Below are positions 1 to 8,039 of a stretch of DNA of 64,000 nt, in pieces. Below the pieces are notes generated by a model that saw only the letters and a list, made by a program, of their open reading frames with translations, was not told the origin of the DNA and ran no database searches. Each line of letters opens with the position of its first letter. The first letter of the stretch is position 1. The position numbers were made by a program, and so were the translations under genes. The DNA comes from an uncultured Actinomycetes bacterium (lineage in GTDB: Bacteria > Actinomycetota > Actinomycetes > Streptosporangiales > Streptosporangiaceae), in NCBI GenBank assembly GCA_963814645.1, contig CAWFDX010000002.1, forward strand, positions 368,480 through 432,479. The letters are read 5' to 3'.

Positions 1-165
1 GGCATTACAGTTTCACCGCATCCAACTGAACGGCCTGCCGCTGGCAGGTCTTTAAGGTTCTTCCAGCGTCCGCCGCTGGCGCAATGTCCCGTTCGCCTTT
101 GAACGACCCAAATCCGAACCCTCCGCCGGCAGTGGCCGGCGGACTTAGGCCATCGCGAGGTAGCA

Positions 166-441
166 GTGGTAGCCGGACACAATGAAGCAGGCCAGCGCCG
201 TCCCGCCCGGGTTGACCATAACCGGGGGAATGCTGCCCACTTTCCGCAGTCGCCCGATTTCGTCCAGTGGCGGAAGAGCTCGTACAGCGGGTACAACGGC
301 AATTGCGTCGAGGTGGCCGGCCTCGAAGCGGGCCGGATCGGTGTCCGGGACTCGAAGGCGGGCGCCGGGAGCCCTGTCCTCGAGTTCGCCCGGGCGGACT
401 GGGCGGCCTTCGTGGCCAGCGTCAAGGCTGGCCGGCACTAA
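166..441 (+). CDS. DUF397 domain-containing small protein
   Basis: Translation carries the DUF397 hallmark WRKSSYSG..GNCVEVA....VRDSK. GTG at 166 is the only in-frame start. It lies next to an XRE/DUF5753 regulator, as is usual for this family. Confidence 0.75.
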   Translation: MVAGHNEAGQRRPARVDHNRGNAAHFPQSPDFVQWRKSSYSGYNGNCVEVAGLEAGRIGVRDSKAGAGSPVLEFARADWAAFVASVKAGRH

Positions 442-452
442 GACGGGCCCTG

Positions 453-485
453 GCCAGCCCGGCTGCCAGCAGGGGCCGGGCTGGC
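453..485. terminator. Hairpin between convergent genes (possible bidirectional terminator)
   Basis: Perfect 11-bp inverted repeat gccagcccggc (453-463) / gccgggctggc (475-485) in the 43-bp gap. The right arm touches the XRE gene stop codon. There is no clear T-run. Confidence 0.35.
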
Positions 486-1357
486 TAGGCCCATAGCTCG
501 TCGGCCGTCTGGACGATCAAATCCCGGGATTCGGACGGGTCCAGAGATTTCTCCAGCAACCCCTCGAATGTCACCCGGTACCGGAACGTTTGCTCTTCGT
601 CTTCCAGGTTGACACTACCTGTCAGGTGCTCGACACTTACGATGTCTTTTAGTGGCACATCGTGCACTTGCGGGAACTGCATGTAAGAAAACGCCCCGGT
701 TGTGGTGGGATGCTCGCTGTCGAGCGACAACACCCTGATGTCCACATTTGGCATTTCGGAAACTTCGGTTACCCATAGCAATTGCTTACGCATGCCAGCG
801 TTATCGCCAAATCGCCGCCGCAGCACTGATTCGTCGATGACGAAGGACAGCTGCAGCGGCGGCTCCCTGGTGAGCAGTTGCTGGCGCACCCGGCGCAGCG
901 CGATCCGCCTTTCCGCATCGCTGGGAGGCAGCCGGAACATTGCCTGATAGCCGGCCATGACCGCCCGGGTATAGTCCTCGGTTTGCAGCAGCCCGGGCAC
1001 GACCAGCGGCTCCCAGTTCCAGATGGAGCGGGCCTCGTCCTCGGCGGACACGTATTCGGCGTAGTCGGTGGGCAGGCCGGCCACCACCGCCCGGAGCCGC
1101 CCGATCTTGCTCGACTCACTGGCCAGGGCCTGGAGCTCTTCCCGGTACGGACTCTCCACCTTGTACAGATCGAGGAGTTTGTCCAGGTCATCGCGCTTCA
1201 CGCCGATCCGGTTGAGTTCGATCCGGCTGATCTTGCTGCCACTCCAGTTCAGCGTGGCCGCCGCTTCATCGCCGGTCAGGCCAGCACGTTCCCGCAGTCG
1301 GCGCAGCTCGGCGGCGAGCCGACGGCGCCGGACGGTCTGACTGCCCTGATCAGGCAT
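485..1357 (-). CDS. XRE-family helix-turn-helix regulator with DUF5753-type C-terminal domain
   Basis: N-terminus RRLAAELRRLRERAGLTGDEAAATLNWSGSKISRIELNR is a classic XRE HTH. The long C-terminal domain and DUF397 neighbour match the actinomycete WhiJ-like family. Confidence 0.85.
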   Translation of the reverse strand: MPDQGSQTVRRRRLAAELRRLRERAGLTGDEAAATLNWSGSKISRIELNRIGVKRDDLDKLLDLYKVESPYREELQALASESSKIGRLRAVVAGLPTDYAEYVSAEDEARSIWNWEPLVVPGLLQTEDYTRAVMAGYQAMFRLPPSDAERRIALRRVRQQLLTREPPLQLSFVIDESVLRRRFGDNAGMRKQLLWVTEVSEMPNVDIRVLSLDSEHPTTTGAFSYMQFPQVHDVPLKDIVSVEHLTGSVNLEDEEQTFRYRVTFEGLLEKSLDPSESRDLIVQTADELWA

Positions 1358-1440
1358 GCGATCCCGTCCCCCTCCGGCGTGCGGTTAAAACGATGGCGGT
1401 CGGTGCCGGTGGCGTGTGCGTCATAGTCCAGAGTAATGCC

Positions 1441-1537
1441 TAGTGAGCAGAAACGTGAAGTTTGCGTGACCAATAGTAGTGCAATCTGCACTGCATCTTG
1501 TCCCCCTCTGAATGGTGCCGTTGAATTAAATAGTGCA
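1441..1537. promoter_or_regulatory. Operator-like repeats upstream of the XRE gene
   Basis: Palindrome AGTGCA-atc-TGCACT at 1478-1492, plus further TAGTG(A)CA copies at 1441-1449 and 1531-1537. They sit in a visibly AT-richer stretch 80-180 bp upstream of the start at 1357. Confidence 0.25.
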
Positions 1538-1724
1538 GGAGGCCTGCTCCCGCTGAGCGGAGGAGGGCGCGCCGCGATGATCGGCAGGCGGATTTACCCG
1601 GACGGTCTCCTGCCCTGTGCCCGCGCCTGCCAGCCCCGCGGCCCATCGGCCGGATGGACGGCGTACCAGGTCAGCGGCTAGTAAGCCTGGACCCAGGAGC
1701 CAATCTTCACCCTTAGACAACTCA

Positions 1725-2873
1725 AATCTCAGGAGTTACTAAGGAGTTCGAAAGTAGCTCAACTTTGATCTTGTGATCTGGCAGAATTATGCCATGCGGG
1801 ATAACGATGGCCGGAAACTCGATCATAAGACTCTTGAGGCGCTGCGGATCCGGGCAGTGGATCAGGTCGGGGAAGGTGCTCATCCCGAGGATGTGGCCGC
1901 CGCGCTTGGCCTGCATCGCAAGACGGTGTATGGCTGGCTGGCCAAATACCGTGAGGGCGGGAAGGATGCACTGAAGGCCCAGCCGGTACCGGGCCGGCCG
2001 CCGAAGCTTAATGGCCAGCAGTTGTCCCGGCTGTATGCCCTGATCGCCGGGCAGGACCCGCGGCAGATGCAGTTCGAGTTCGCGTTGTGGACCCGGGAGA
2101 TGGTCCGCGAGGTGATCCGCCGCGAATTCGGCGTCGCATTGAGCGTTGTCAGCGTCGGCCGGCTGCTGCGCAAGCTCGGAATGTCACCGCAACGGCCCCT
2201 GCACCGCGCTTACCAGCAGAACCCTGAGGCGGTCGGCCGGTGGAAGCGCGAGGAGTATCCCGCCATCCAGGCGCAGGCCGTGGCGGAGGGAGCCACGGTC
2301 TGGTTCGCTGATGAGGCCGGGATCCGCTCGGACTACCATGCGGGCACCACCTGGTCGCCCGTGGGCCAGACCCCGGAGGTGAAGAACACCGGGGCACGCT
2401 ATTCGGTGAACATGATCTCCGTGGTGTCCGCGAAAGGCGCGCTGCGGTTCGCCGTCTATGAGGGCAACACGAACGCCGCCATCTTCATCGACTTCTGTAA
2501 GCGGCTGCTGCATGATGCGCGCGGGCCGGTCTATCTCATCGTTGACGGGCATCCCGCCCACCGCGCCACTGCCACGAAGGAATTCGCCGCTTCTACGGAA
2601 GGCCGCCTGAAGCTGTTCTTCCTGCCTGGCTACTCACCCGAGCTGAATCCCGATGAATGGGTCTGGAAGAACGTCAAGCATGACCGGATCGGCAAGACCG
2701 GCGTGACCAGCAGGCAGGACCTCAAAGCCAAGGCCATCGGCGCCTTGCGGCGGCTCCAGAAACGACCCGGACTGGTCCGGGCATTCTTCGCCGACCCGCA
2801 CCTGCGCTACATCGCCGCATAACCCGCAATCGGTCGACCTACTTACGCGCCCCTTAGTAACGGCATGAGATAT
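1725..2873 (+). mobile_element. IS630-family insertion sequence (about 1.15 kb, single transposase ORF)
   Basis: Imperfect terminal inverted repeats: left ctcaggaGTTACTAAGGagttcgaAAGTAG (1728-1757) versus the reverse complement of 2838-2869, ctcatgccGTTACTAAGGggcgcgtAAGTAG. They enclose one transposase ORF. Exact ends and the TA duplication could not be fixed by eye. Confidence 0.8.
1773..2822 (+). CDS. IS630-family transposase (HTH plus DDE domain)
   Basis: N-terminal HTH/winged-helix region (LGLHRKTVYGWLAKYREGG, PGRPPKL) is followed by a DDE-type region (VWFADEAG..., IVDGHPAHR..., LPGYSPELNPDEWVW). The ORF is uninterrupted. An alternative ATG lies at 1794. Confidence 0.9.
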   Translation: MIWQNYAMRDNDGRKLDHKTLEALRIRAVDQVGEGAHPEDVAAALGLHRKTVYGWLAKYREGGKDALKAQPVPGRPPKLNGQQLSRLYALIAGQDPRQMQFEFALWTREMVREVIRREFGVALSVVSVGRLLRKLGMSPQRPLHRAYQQNPEAVGRWKREEYPAIQAQAVAEGATVWFADEAGIRSDYHAGTTWSPVGQTPEVKNTGARYSVNMISVVSAKGALRFAVYEGNTNAAIFIDFCKRLLHDARGPVYLIVDGHPAHRATATKEFAASTEGRLKLFFLPGYSPELNPDEWVWKNVKHDRIGKTGVTSRQDLKAKAIGALRRLQKRPGLVRAFFADPHLRYIAA

Positions 2874-3151
2874 CCGACGAGACCGGCTAGGTGAGCCGAT
2901 GACCGTACTGCTCGCCGTGGTCTGGTTTCTGGCCGGGACGATGGCCGGCTGGGGCGTCAGCACGCTGCGCGCCGCCGCCGTCACCATGTCCCGCGCCCGG
3001 GAGCAGATGCGCCGGGAGATCCGCTGCTGGCAGGCGGAGACCGAGCGCTACCAGCAAGATCGACAACTGCGCCTGACCGCCGGAGCGGCGGAGCGCTCTC
3101 CTTCCGGCCAGTGGGCCCAGCCGGAGGGGAGCGCCGACCGGCGCCAAGGGC

Positions 3152-4648
3152 TTACTGGTGCACGGCGGCCAGCAAGGCGGCGTAGGACCGGACCAGAGTC
3201 GCGTGCTCCAGGGCGAGCAGCGGGATGTCCGGCCGGCAGCCCTCGGCCACCCAGCGGTCGGACAGATCCATGGCCTGCACGCGGTACGCGGCGGCCGGCC
3301 GGACCGCACTGGGCGGGGCCTGGTACAGGAACGCGTACTGCCGTGTCACCGCGTCCACCAGAGCGCCAGCCGGACCCAGGCCATGCTGGTGCTCCCGGTG
3401 CACCCGCCACCACTCCACTTCGAGCCGGGCCGCCTCGGCGATGTCCTCGGGCAGTCCGTAGACCGACCGGACCAGGCCATAGAACCGCTGCATGCAGCGC
3501 CGTGCGGCGTCCGGATCGTTGTCCGCGGGCGCCCACAGCTGGATGGCCCGCAGCGCCAGCCAGGCAGCGTGCAGGGTGCGCGGCCAGCTCATCCCGAAAC
3601 CGGCCCGGACCAGGCCCACCGAAGCGCGCAGCACCCCGGCCCAGTCCCGCCGGTAGTACCCCACCCAGGCCCGGAACTCCAGGTCGGCCACCCAGGCTGG
3701 GTCGAATGACCGCGGCCCACACGGCGCCCGGCCGCGGGCGGGTGGGCGCACCGGGCTGGTCAGGGCCGCGCTGGCCAAGGCTGTGCTGCTGACGACCGTG
3801 CCGCCAACAACCGTGCCGCCGACAACCGTGCCGCCAACGACGGCGTTGGCCAGGGCCGTGCTGCCCAGCACCGCGTTGCCCAGCAGCCTGCCGCCGGGGA
3901 TCCGGTGGCCCCGCGAGACCAGCCGGACGCCGAAGCCATGCAGGGCCAGCCGGAGCAGCACCTGGCCCGGCCGGACCAGTTCGGCGACCCGGGCGGCGCT
4001 CAGCGCCTCGAGATCACCCAGCCGCTCCGCGTAGGCGTCGGCACCGAGCGACCGGGCCGCGTTCAATTCAATGGTGTTGTCCCAGACCTTGGCCCGCGCC
4101 TCGCGCAGGAAGCGCCGGCTGGCGGCCTGGTTGAGCGGGCCGAGCGCGGCGTCCACCGCGGACCGCGGCGTGGCGCCGGCCAGTTCGGCGTCCTCGGCGC
4201 CGACCCGCTGGCTGAGCACCTCGTCGATGCACTGATGGTCGGCCCGCCGACGGCCAAGCAGCGCTGAATCGGCGAACTCGGGGCCGCTGATCACCGCGAG
4301 CAGCGCCTGCGGCAGGTCGTAGTTGATGTGCGCGTTCATGCCGAGCAGCACATGCCGCAGCGCAGGCGCGTCCGGCCGCTCCCGTCCGGTGCGGAACGCG
4401 ACCGCCCACGGGCCGGGCACGGGGCCGCCCGCCGAGTCGGCCCGCAGCGCGTCAAGATACAGATCGGCGAACGCGACGTCCCACTGCTCCACCCAGTCCG
4501 GGTCGCTGAACAGCCCGGCCTGCAGCGCGTCCCGGACCGCCCGGGTAGTGCGCAGATAGGTGGCGTGGAAGAAGCGCCGCGGGTCACTGGCCGCCTGCAT
4601 CGGGCCGAGCAGCGCCTCCATCCGCCCGATGAGTGCATCGATGCTCAC
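3152..4648 (-). CDS. DUF5995-like protein fused to a second conserved domain through a repeat-encoded linker
   Basis: N-terminal half (FFHATYLRTT..., LLGMNAHINYDLPQAL, ADHQCIDEVL) looks like DUF5995. A GGTVV x3 linker follows, then a distinct C-terminal domain (AWVGYYRRDW...EVEWWRVHREH). GC3 is high throughout. Confidence 0.7.
   Translation of the reverse strand: MSIDALIGRMEALLGPMQAASDPRRFFHATYLRTTRAVRDALQAGLFSDPDWVEQWDVAFADLYLDALRADSAGGPVPGPWAVAFRTGRERPDAPALRHVLLGMNAHINYDLPQALLAVISGPEFADSALLGRRRADHQCIDEVLSQRVGAEDAELAGATPRSAVDAALGPLNQAASRRFLREARAKVWDNTIELNAARSLGADAYAERLGDLEALSAARVAELVRPGQVLLRLALHGFGVRLVSRGHRIPGGRLLGNAVLGSTALANAVVGGTVVGGTVVGGTVVSSTALASAALTSPVRPPARGRAPCGPRSFDPAWVADLEFRAWVGYYRRDWAGVLRASVGLVRAGFGMSWPRTLHAAWLALRAIQLWAPADNDPDAARRCMQRFYGLVRSVYGLPEDIAEAARLEVEWWRVHREHQHGLGPAGALVDAVTRQYAFLYQAPPSAVRPAAAYRVQAMDLSDRWVAEGCRPDIPLLALEHATLVRSYAALLAAVHQ
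3795..3839. repeat. 15-bp tandem repeat x3 (accgtgccgccRaca) inside the 3152-4648 CDS
   Basis: Three consecutive near-identical 15-mers at 3795-3809, 3810-3824 and 3825-3839. They encode GGTVVGGTVVGGTVV on the minus strand. Confidence 0.85.
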
Positions 4649-4903
4649 GTACTGCCTCCCCGCTGCCCTGCCGTTGCTGCGGCCAGTCCGCTGACTGTTA
4701 CCTCATTACACACGGGTCTGAGCGGCCGAAACATCCACGCGGAATGATCTCGCCAACTTGGTTTCGTGCTGCACAGCCCCGCTCGCCCCGCTTCACCCCC
4801 CTGCTAGCGGTAAAGGAGATCATGTCGTAACAGGCGATTCTTGTGCAGTCGTCGCTGGTGCGTTACGTTCTGGCCACCTGATCACGGCGCGGGAAGGATC
4901 AGC

Positions 4904-6382
4904 ATGAGCGGTACCGAATCCCTTCCGTTTGGCGAGAGCAAGAGCCCCCTGGTCGAGGAGGCCGGCCAGGAACTCCGGCTGCGCCGCGGCGCGCTGGGCA
5001 TCTTCGACATCTCCGCGGCCACGATGGCCAACATCGGGCCCGCGATGTCCTTCTACTTCGGCTTCGGCTTCCTGGCCATCACGGCCGGCGTCGCCTCCCC
5101 GCTGACCATCGTGGCGGCCGGCATCGCGATCGCGCTGCTCGGTAACACGCTGGCTCAGTTCTCCCGGGCCCAGCCGTCCACCGGCGGCTTCATCACGTTC
5201 GTCGGCAAGACGTTCGGCGGCACCAGCGCGGTGACCACGGCGCTGCTCTGCGGGGTGGGCTACATCATCGCGATGTCCTCGGTCATCGCGATCTCCGGCG
5301 GCTTCCTGTCCATCACCCTGCAGCGCTACGGGAACGTGAACATCCCGTGGGGCATCTTCACCGTGGTCCTGACCGCGCTGGCCGTGCTGATGATGATCCG
5401 CGGTGTGGCCATCTCCACCAAGATCGCCGGCTTCTTCTTCGCGTTCGAGATGCTGGTGCTGATCGTCGTGTCGGTGGCGGCCCTGATCAAGAACGGCGGC
5501 CACCTGTCCGGCATCCCGTTCGAGCCGAGCCACATCACCAACGGCTTCTCCGGGCTGGCGGCGGGCTTCCCGCTGGCCATCTACCTGTTCATCGGCTGGG
5601 AGAACTCGGCCGCACTGGCCGAGGAAACCGACAACCCGCGGCGCAACGTGCCGCGCGCCGTGTTCACCTCGGTGGCCATCATGTCCATCAGCTACATCGT
5701 GTTCGCCTACGCCACCGTCAGCGGGTTCGGCTACAACGTGAGCAAGCTCGGTGCGGCGCCGATCCCGTTCATCTCGGTGGCCGACAGCACCATTGGCGTA
5801 CTGGCGTTCTTCGCCTACCTGGCCGGGATGACCTCCACCCTGGGCGCGTTGATCGCGGGTACCAACTCGCAGGCCCGGCTGGTGTTCAACGCGGGCCGGG
5901 AGGGCCTGCTGCCGCGCTTCATCGGGCACGTCAACCCGGCCCGGCGCACCCCGATGAACGCCATCTTCACGTTCGTGACCATCTCCGCCCTCATCATCGG
6001 CATCTGGGCGCTGCTGCACGCCATCGGCGGCAGCACCGGCTCGCTCGACCCGATCGCGTTCTTCGCCGAGTCGTCCACCATGGGCACCATCCTGGTGCTG
6101 GTCGTCTACCTGCTGGCCAACCTGGCCCTGCCGTTCTACTACCGCAGGTTCCGGCCGGAGGAGTTCAACGTGCTCAAGCACGCGGTGCTGCCGGTGCTCG
6201 GCGCGCTGGCCATCATCGTGCCGCTGTACTACCTGGCCAAGCCGGGCCAGCCGACCCCGTACGACTGGTTCCCGTACGCGGCGCTGATCGTGGTCGTGGT
6301 GGCCGCGGTCTATGCCTTCTTCCTCAACCGGCGCGATCCCGAACTGGCCGGCCGGGTCGGCTCCCTGGTCGCCGACGAGTAA
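4904..6382 (+). CDS. APC-superfamily amino acid/polyamine permease
   Basis: About 12 hydrophobic segments and an APC-like N-terminus (LGIFDISAATMANIGPAMSFYF). ATG at 4904 is preceded by gggaagga. The annotated ORF opens earlier, at 4841. Confidence 0.85.
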   Translation: MSGTESLPFGESKSPLVEEAGQELRLRRGALGIFDISAATMANIGPAMSFYFGFGFLAITAGVASPLTIVAAGIAIALLGNTLAQFSRAQPSTGGFITFVGKTFGGTSAVTTALLCGVGYIIAMSSVIAISGGFLSITLQRYGNVNIPWGIFTVVLTALAVLMMIRGVAISTKIAGFFFAFEMLVLIVVSVAALIKNGGHLSGIPFEPSHITNGFSGLAAGFPLAIYLFIGWENSAALAEETDNPRRNVPRAVFTSVAIMSISYIVFAYATVSGFGYNVSKLGAAPIPFISVADSTIGVLAFFAYLAGMTSTLGALIAGTNSQARLVFNAGREGLLPRFIGHVNPARRTPMNAIFTFVTISALIIGIWALLHAIGGSTGSLDPIAFFAESSTMGTILVLVVYLLANLALPFYYRRFRPEEFNVLKHAVLPVLGALAIIVPLYYLAKPGQPTPYDWFPYAALIVVVVAAVYAFFLNRRDPELAGRVGSLVADE

Positions 6383-6738
6383 CCGGGCGGGTCAGCCCGC
6401 AGCGGGGCCGCCGCGTACCTGCCCTCGTGGGCCAGCACCGGGCGGCGGTCCCCGGCCAGTTCCGGGTGCCGGTCCTCCAGCGCCCGGCGCTGTTCTGCGG
6501 TGCGCCGCAACTCGGTGACGTACTCCCGGTTGCCTTCGTAGGTGCCCCGCCAGGTCTGCGGCATGGCCTCGGCGGGCGGAGGCAGCGACGCGGCCGCCGA
6601 ACCGCCGATGCCGAACCGGGCCGGCACCTTGCGCACCCGCCCGCCACACTGCGGGCACGGCGGCAACGGCGCCTGCAGCGACTGGATGACCTCGAAGTCC
6701 GGATGCCCCTGCGCGCAGCGCAACTGGTAAATAGGCAC
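6310..6738 (-). CDS. FmdB-like zinc-ribbon protein with extended C-terminus
   Basis: GTG start at 6738 lies 2 nt after the upstream ADH stop. N-terminus VPIYQLRCAQGHPDFEV...CPQCGGRVRKV resembles FmdB-family regulators, but the first knuckle is C-x3-H rather than CxxC. The 3' end overlaps the convergent permease by 73 nt. Confidence 0.55.
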   Translation of the reverse strand: MPIYQLRCAQGHPDFEVIQSLQAPLPPCPQCGGRVRKVPARFGIGGSAAASLPPPAEAMPQTWRGTYEGNREYVTELRRTAEQRRALEDRHPELAGDRRPVLAHEGRYAAAPLRADPPGYSSATREPTRPASSGSRRLRKKA

Positions 6739-6740
6739 CG

Positions 6741-8030
6741 CTACCACAGCTCCATGGACGCCTGGAAGATGCCGCCCAGGTCGTCCTCGGTCACCGGTTT
6801 CGGGCAGGTGGCCAGCAGCCGCTGCTGCTTGGTCGTCCCCTCGACCAGGTCCGGGATGTCGGCTGGGGTGAAGCCCACTGCGGCCACCCCGTTCGGGATG
6901 CTGATGTCCCGCATCAGCGCGGTGAGCACCGACGGCAGGAAGTCGGCGTCCCGCCCCGGCCGGTCCGCGCCTGGGGCGAGCAGTTCGGCCGCCCGGATAT
7001 GCCGCTCCGGGCTGGCGTCGAAGGTGAACCGGAACGCTTCCGGCGCGGTCAGCGCGACCGACATGCCGTGCGGAACCATCGGCTCGGCGTCCGGGTAGTC
7101 CTTGGGCCGGAAGTCCCGGACCCGGCCGGCGATCGGGTACGCGTTGGCATGCGGGATGTGCACCCCGGCGTTGCCGAACCCCATGCCCGCGAACGTGGCC
7201 GCCATCGCCATGTCCGCGCGGGCCTGGGCGTCGTCGCCGTGCCGCACGGCGGCCCGGAACGAGGTGGCCAGCAGCCGCATGGCCCGCTCTGACCACATGT
7301 CCGAGACCGGGTTCGAGCCGCAGTACGGCACCCGCTGCTCCGGCCGTTTCCGGTCGTAGCTGGTGTACCAGCGCGCGGTGTAGCTCTCCAGCGCGTGGCA
7401 CAGGATGTCCATCCCGGCCGACGCGGTCACCCCGGCGGGCTGGGTCAGCGTGAGCAGCGGGTCCACCACGGCTAGGGTGGGCCGCAGCCGGGCGTGGCTG
7501 ATGCCCGTCTTGACCTTGAGGGCGAGCACGTCGAGCACGCACACCGTGGTGCTCTCCGCGCCGGTCCCGGTGGTGGTGGGCACCGCAACCAGTGGCTTGA
7601 GCGGATTGGCCGGCGCCCGGCCGCCGCCCACCGGCGGGTTGATGTAATCCATCAGCCCGCCCGGGTTGGTGGTGAGCAGGTTGACCGCCTTGGCCGTGTC
7701 GATGCTGGACCCGCCGCCGACCGCGACGAACGCGTCCCACGGCCCGCTGGCCCGGGCCTGCTCGATGGCCGCGGTCATGCTCTCATCCGTCGGCTCCACG
7801 TGCACCCCGTCGAAGACCACACCCTCGATACCGAACGCCCCCAACTGGTCCGCGACCCGCGCGGGGGTCCCGGTCGCCGCGACGCCGGGGTCAGTAACGA
7901 CCAGCGCGCGGCGCACGCCGTACTGGCTGAGATCGAAGCCGATTTCCCCGGCCGCGCCCGGGCCGAACTTGAGCTGCGGCGCGCCGTAGGTGAAGACGGA
8001 CTCGGCGGTGGCGGGAACGGTGCTGGTCAT
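6741..8030 (-). CDS. Iron-containing alcohol dehydrogenase (hydroxyacid-oxoacid transhydrogenase-like)
   Basis: Fe-ADH motifs are present (VAVGGGSSIDTAKA, metal-binding His-rich region GVHIPHANAYP). Length of about 429 aa and N-terminus TYGAPQLKFGPGAAGEIG are typical of the ADHFE1-like subgroup. An aaggagg RBS precedes the ATG. Confidence 0.9.
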   Translation of the reverse strand: MTSTVPATAESVFTYGAPQLKFGPGAAGEIGFDLSQYGVRRALVVTDPGVAATGTPARVADQLGAFGIEGVVFDGVHVEPTDESMTAAIEQARASGPWDAFVAVGGGSSIDTAKAVNLLTTNPGGLMDYINPPVGGGRAPANPLKPLVAVPTTTGTGAESTTVCVLDVLALKVKTGISHARLRPTLAVVDPLLTLTQPAGVTASAGMDILCHALESYTARWYTSYDRKRPEQRVPYCGSNPVSDMWSERAMRLLATSFRAAVRHGDDAQARADMAMAATFAGMGFGNAGVHIPHANAYPIAGRVRDFRPKDYPDAEPMVPHGMSVALTAPEAFRFTFDASPERHIRAAELLAPGADRPGRDADFLPSVLTALMRDISIPNGVAAVGFTPADIPDLVEGTTKQQRLLATCPKPVTEDDLGGIFQASMELW

Positions 8031-8039
8031 CGGGCCTCC

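Noticed and set aside
145-438. 97-aa minus-strand ORF
   Set aside because: It is exactly antisense to the DUF397 gene, which carries an unmistakable family motif. It has no motif of its own.
2899-3792. 297-aa ORF taken at face value
   Set aside because: Beyond about 3150 it is antisense to the well-supported DUF5995 gene and becomes Pro/Arg/Gly junk. Only the first 60-80 codons are plausibly coding, as reported in a low-confidence finding.
4820-6181. 453-aa minus-strand ORF, with similar long ORFs at 5347-7098 (+), 7891-8886 (-), 13925-15454 (-), 15349-16539 (-), 18634-19989 (-), 20359-22053 (-), 27679-29436 (-), 30761-32392 (-), 35474-36928 (-), 36769-38019 (+), 40559-41827 (-), 42429-43769 (-), 45703-47655 (-), 48257-49537 (+), 52417-54297 (+) and 58448-59875 (-)
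   Set aside because: These are shadow ORFs typical of high-GC DNA. They have Arg/Pro/Gly/His-rich low-complexity translations and no recognisable motifs. Each fully overlaps a gene with clear family signatures and better codon bias.
6739-7740. Upstream two-thirds of the 476-aa ORF 6310-7740 (-)
   Set aside because: It overlaps the Fe-ADH gene out of frame and is Arg/Pro/Gly-rich. Only the last 142 codons, from GTG 6738 and FmdB-like, look real.
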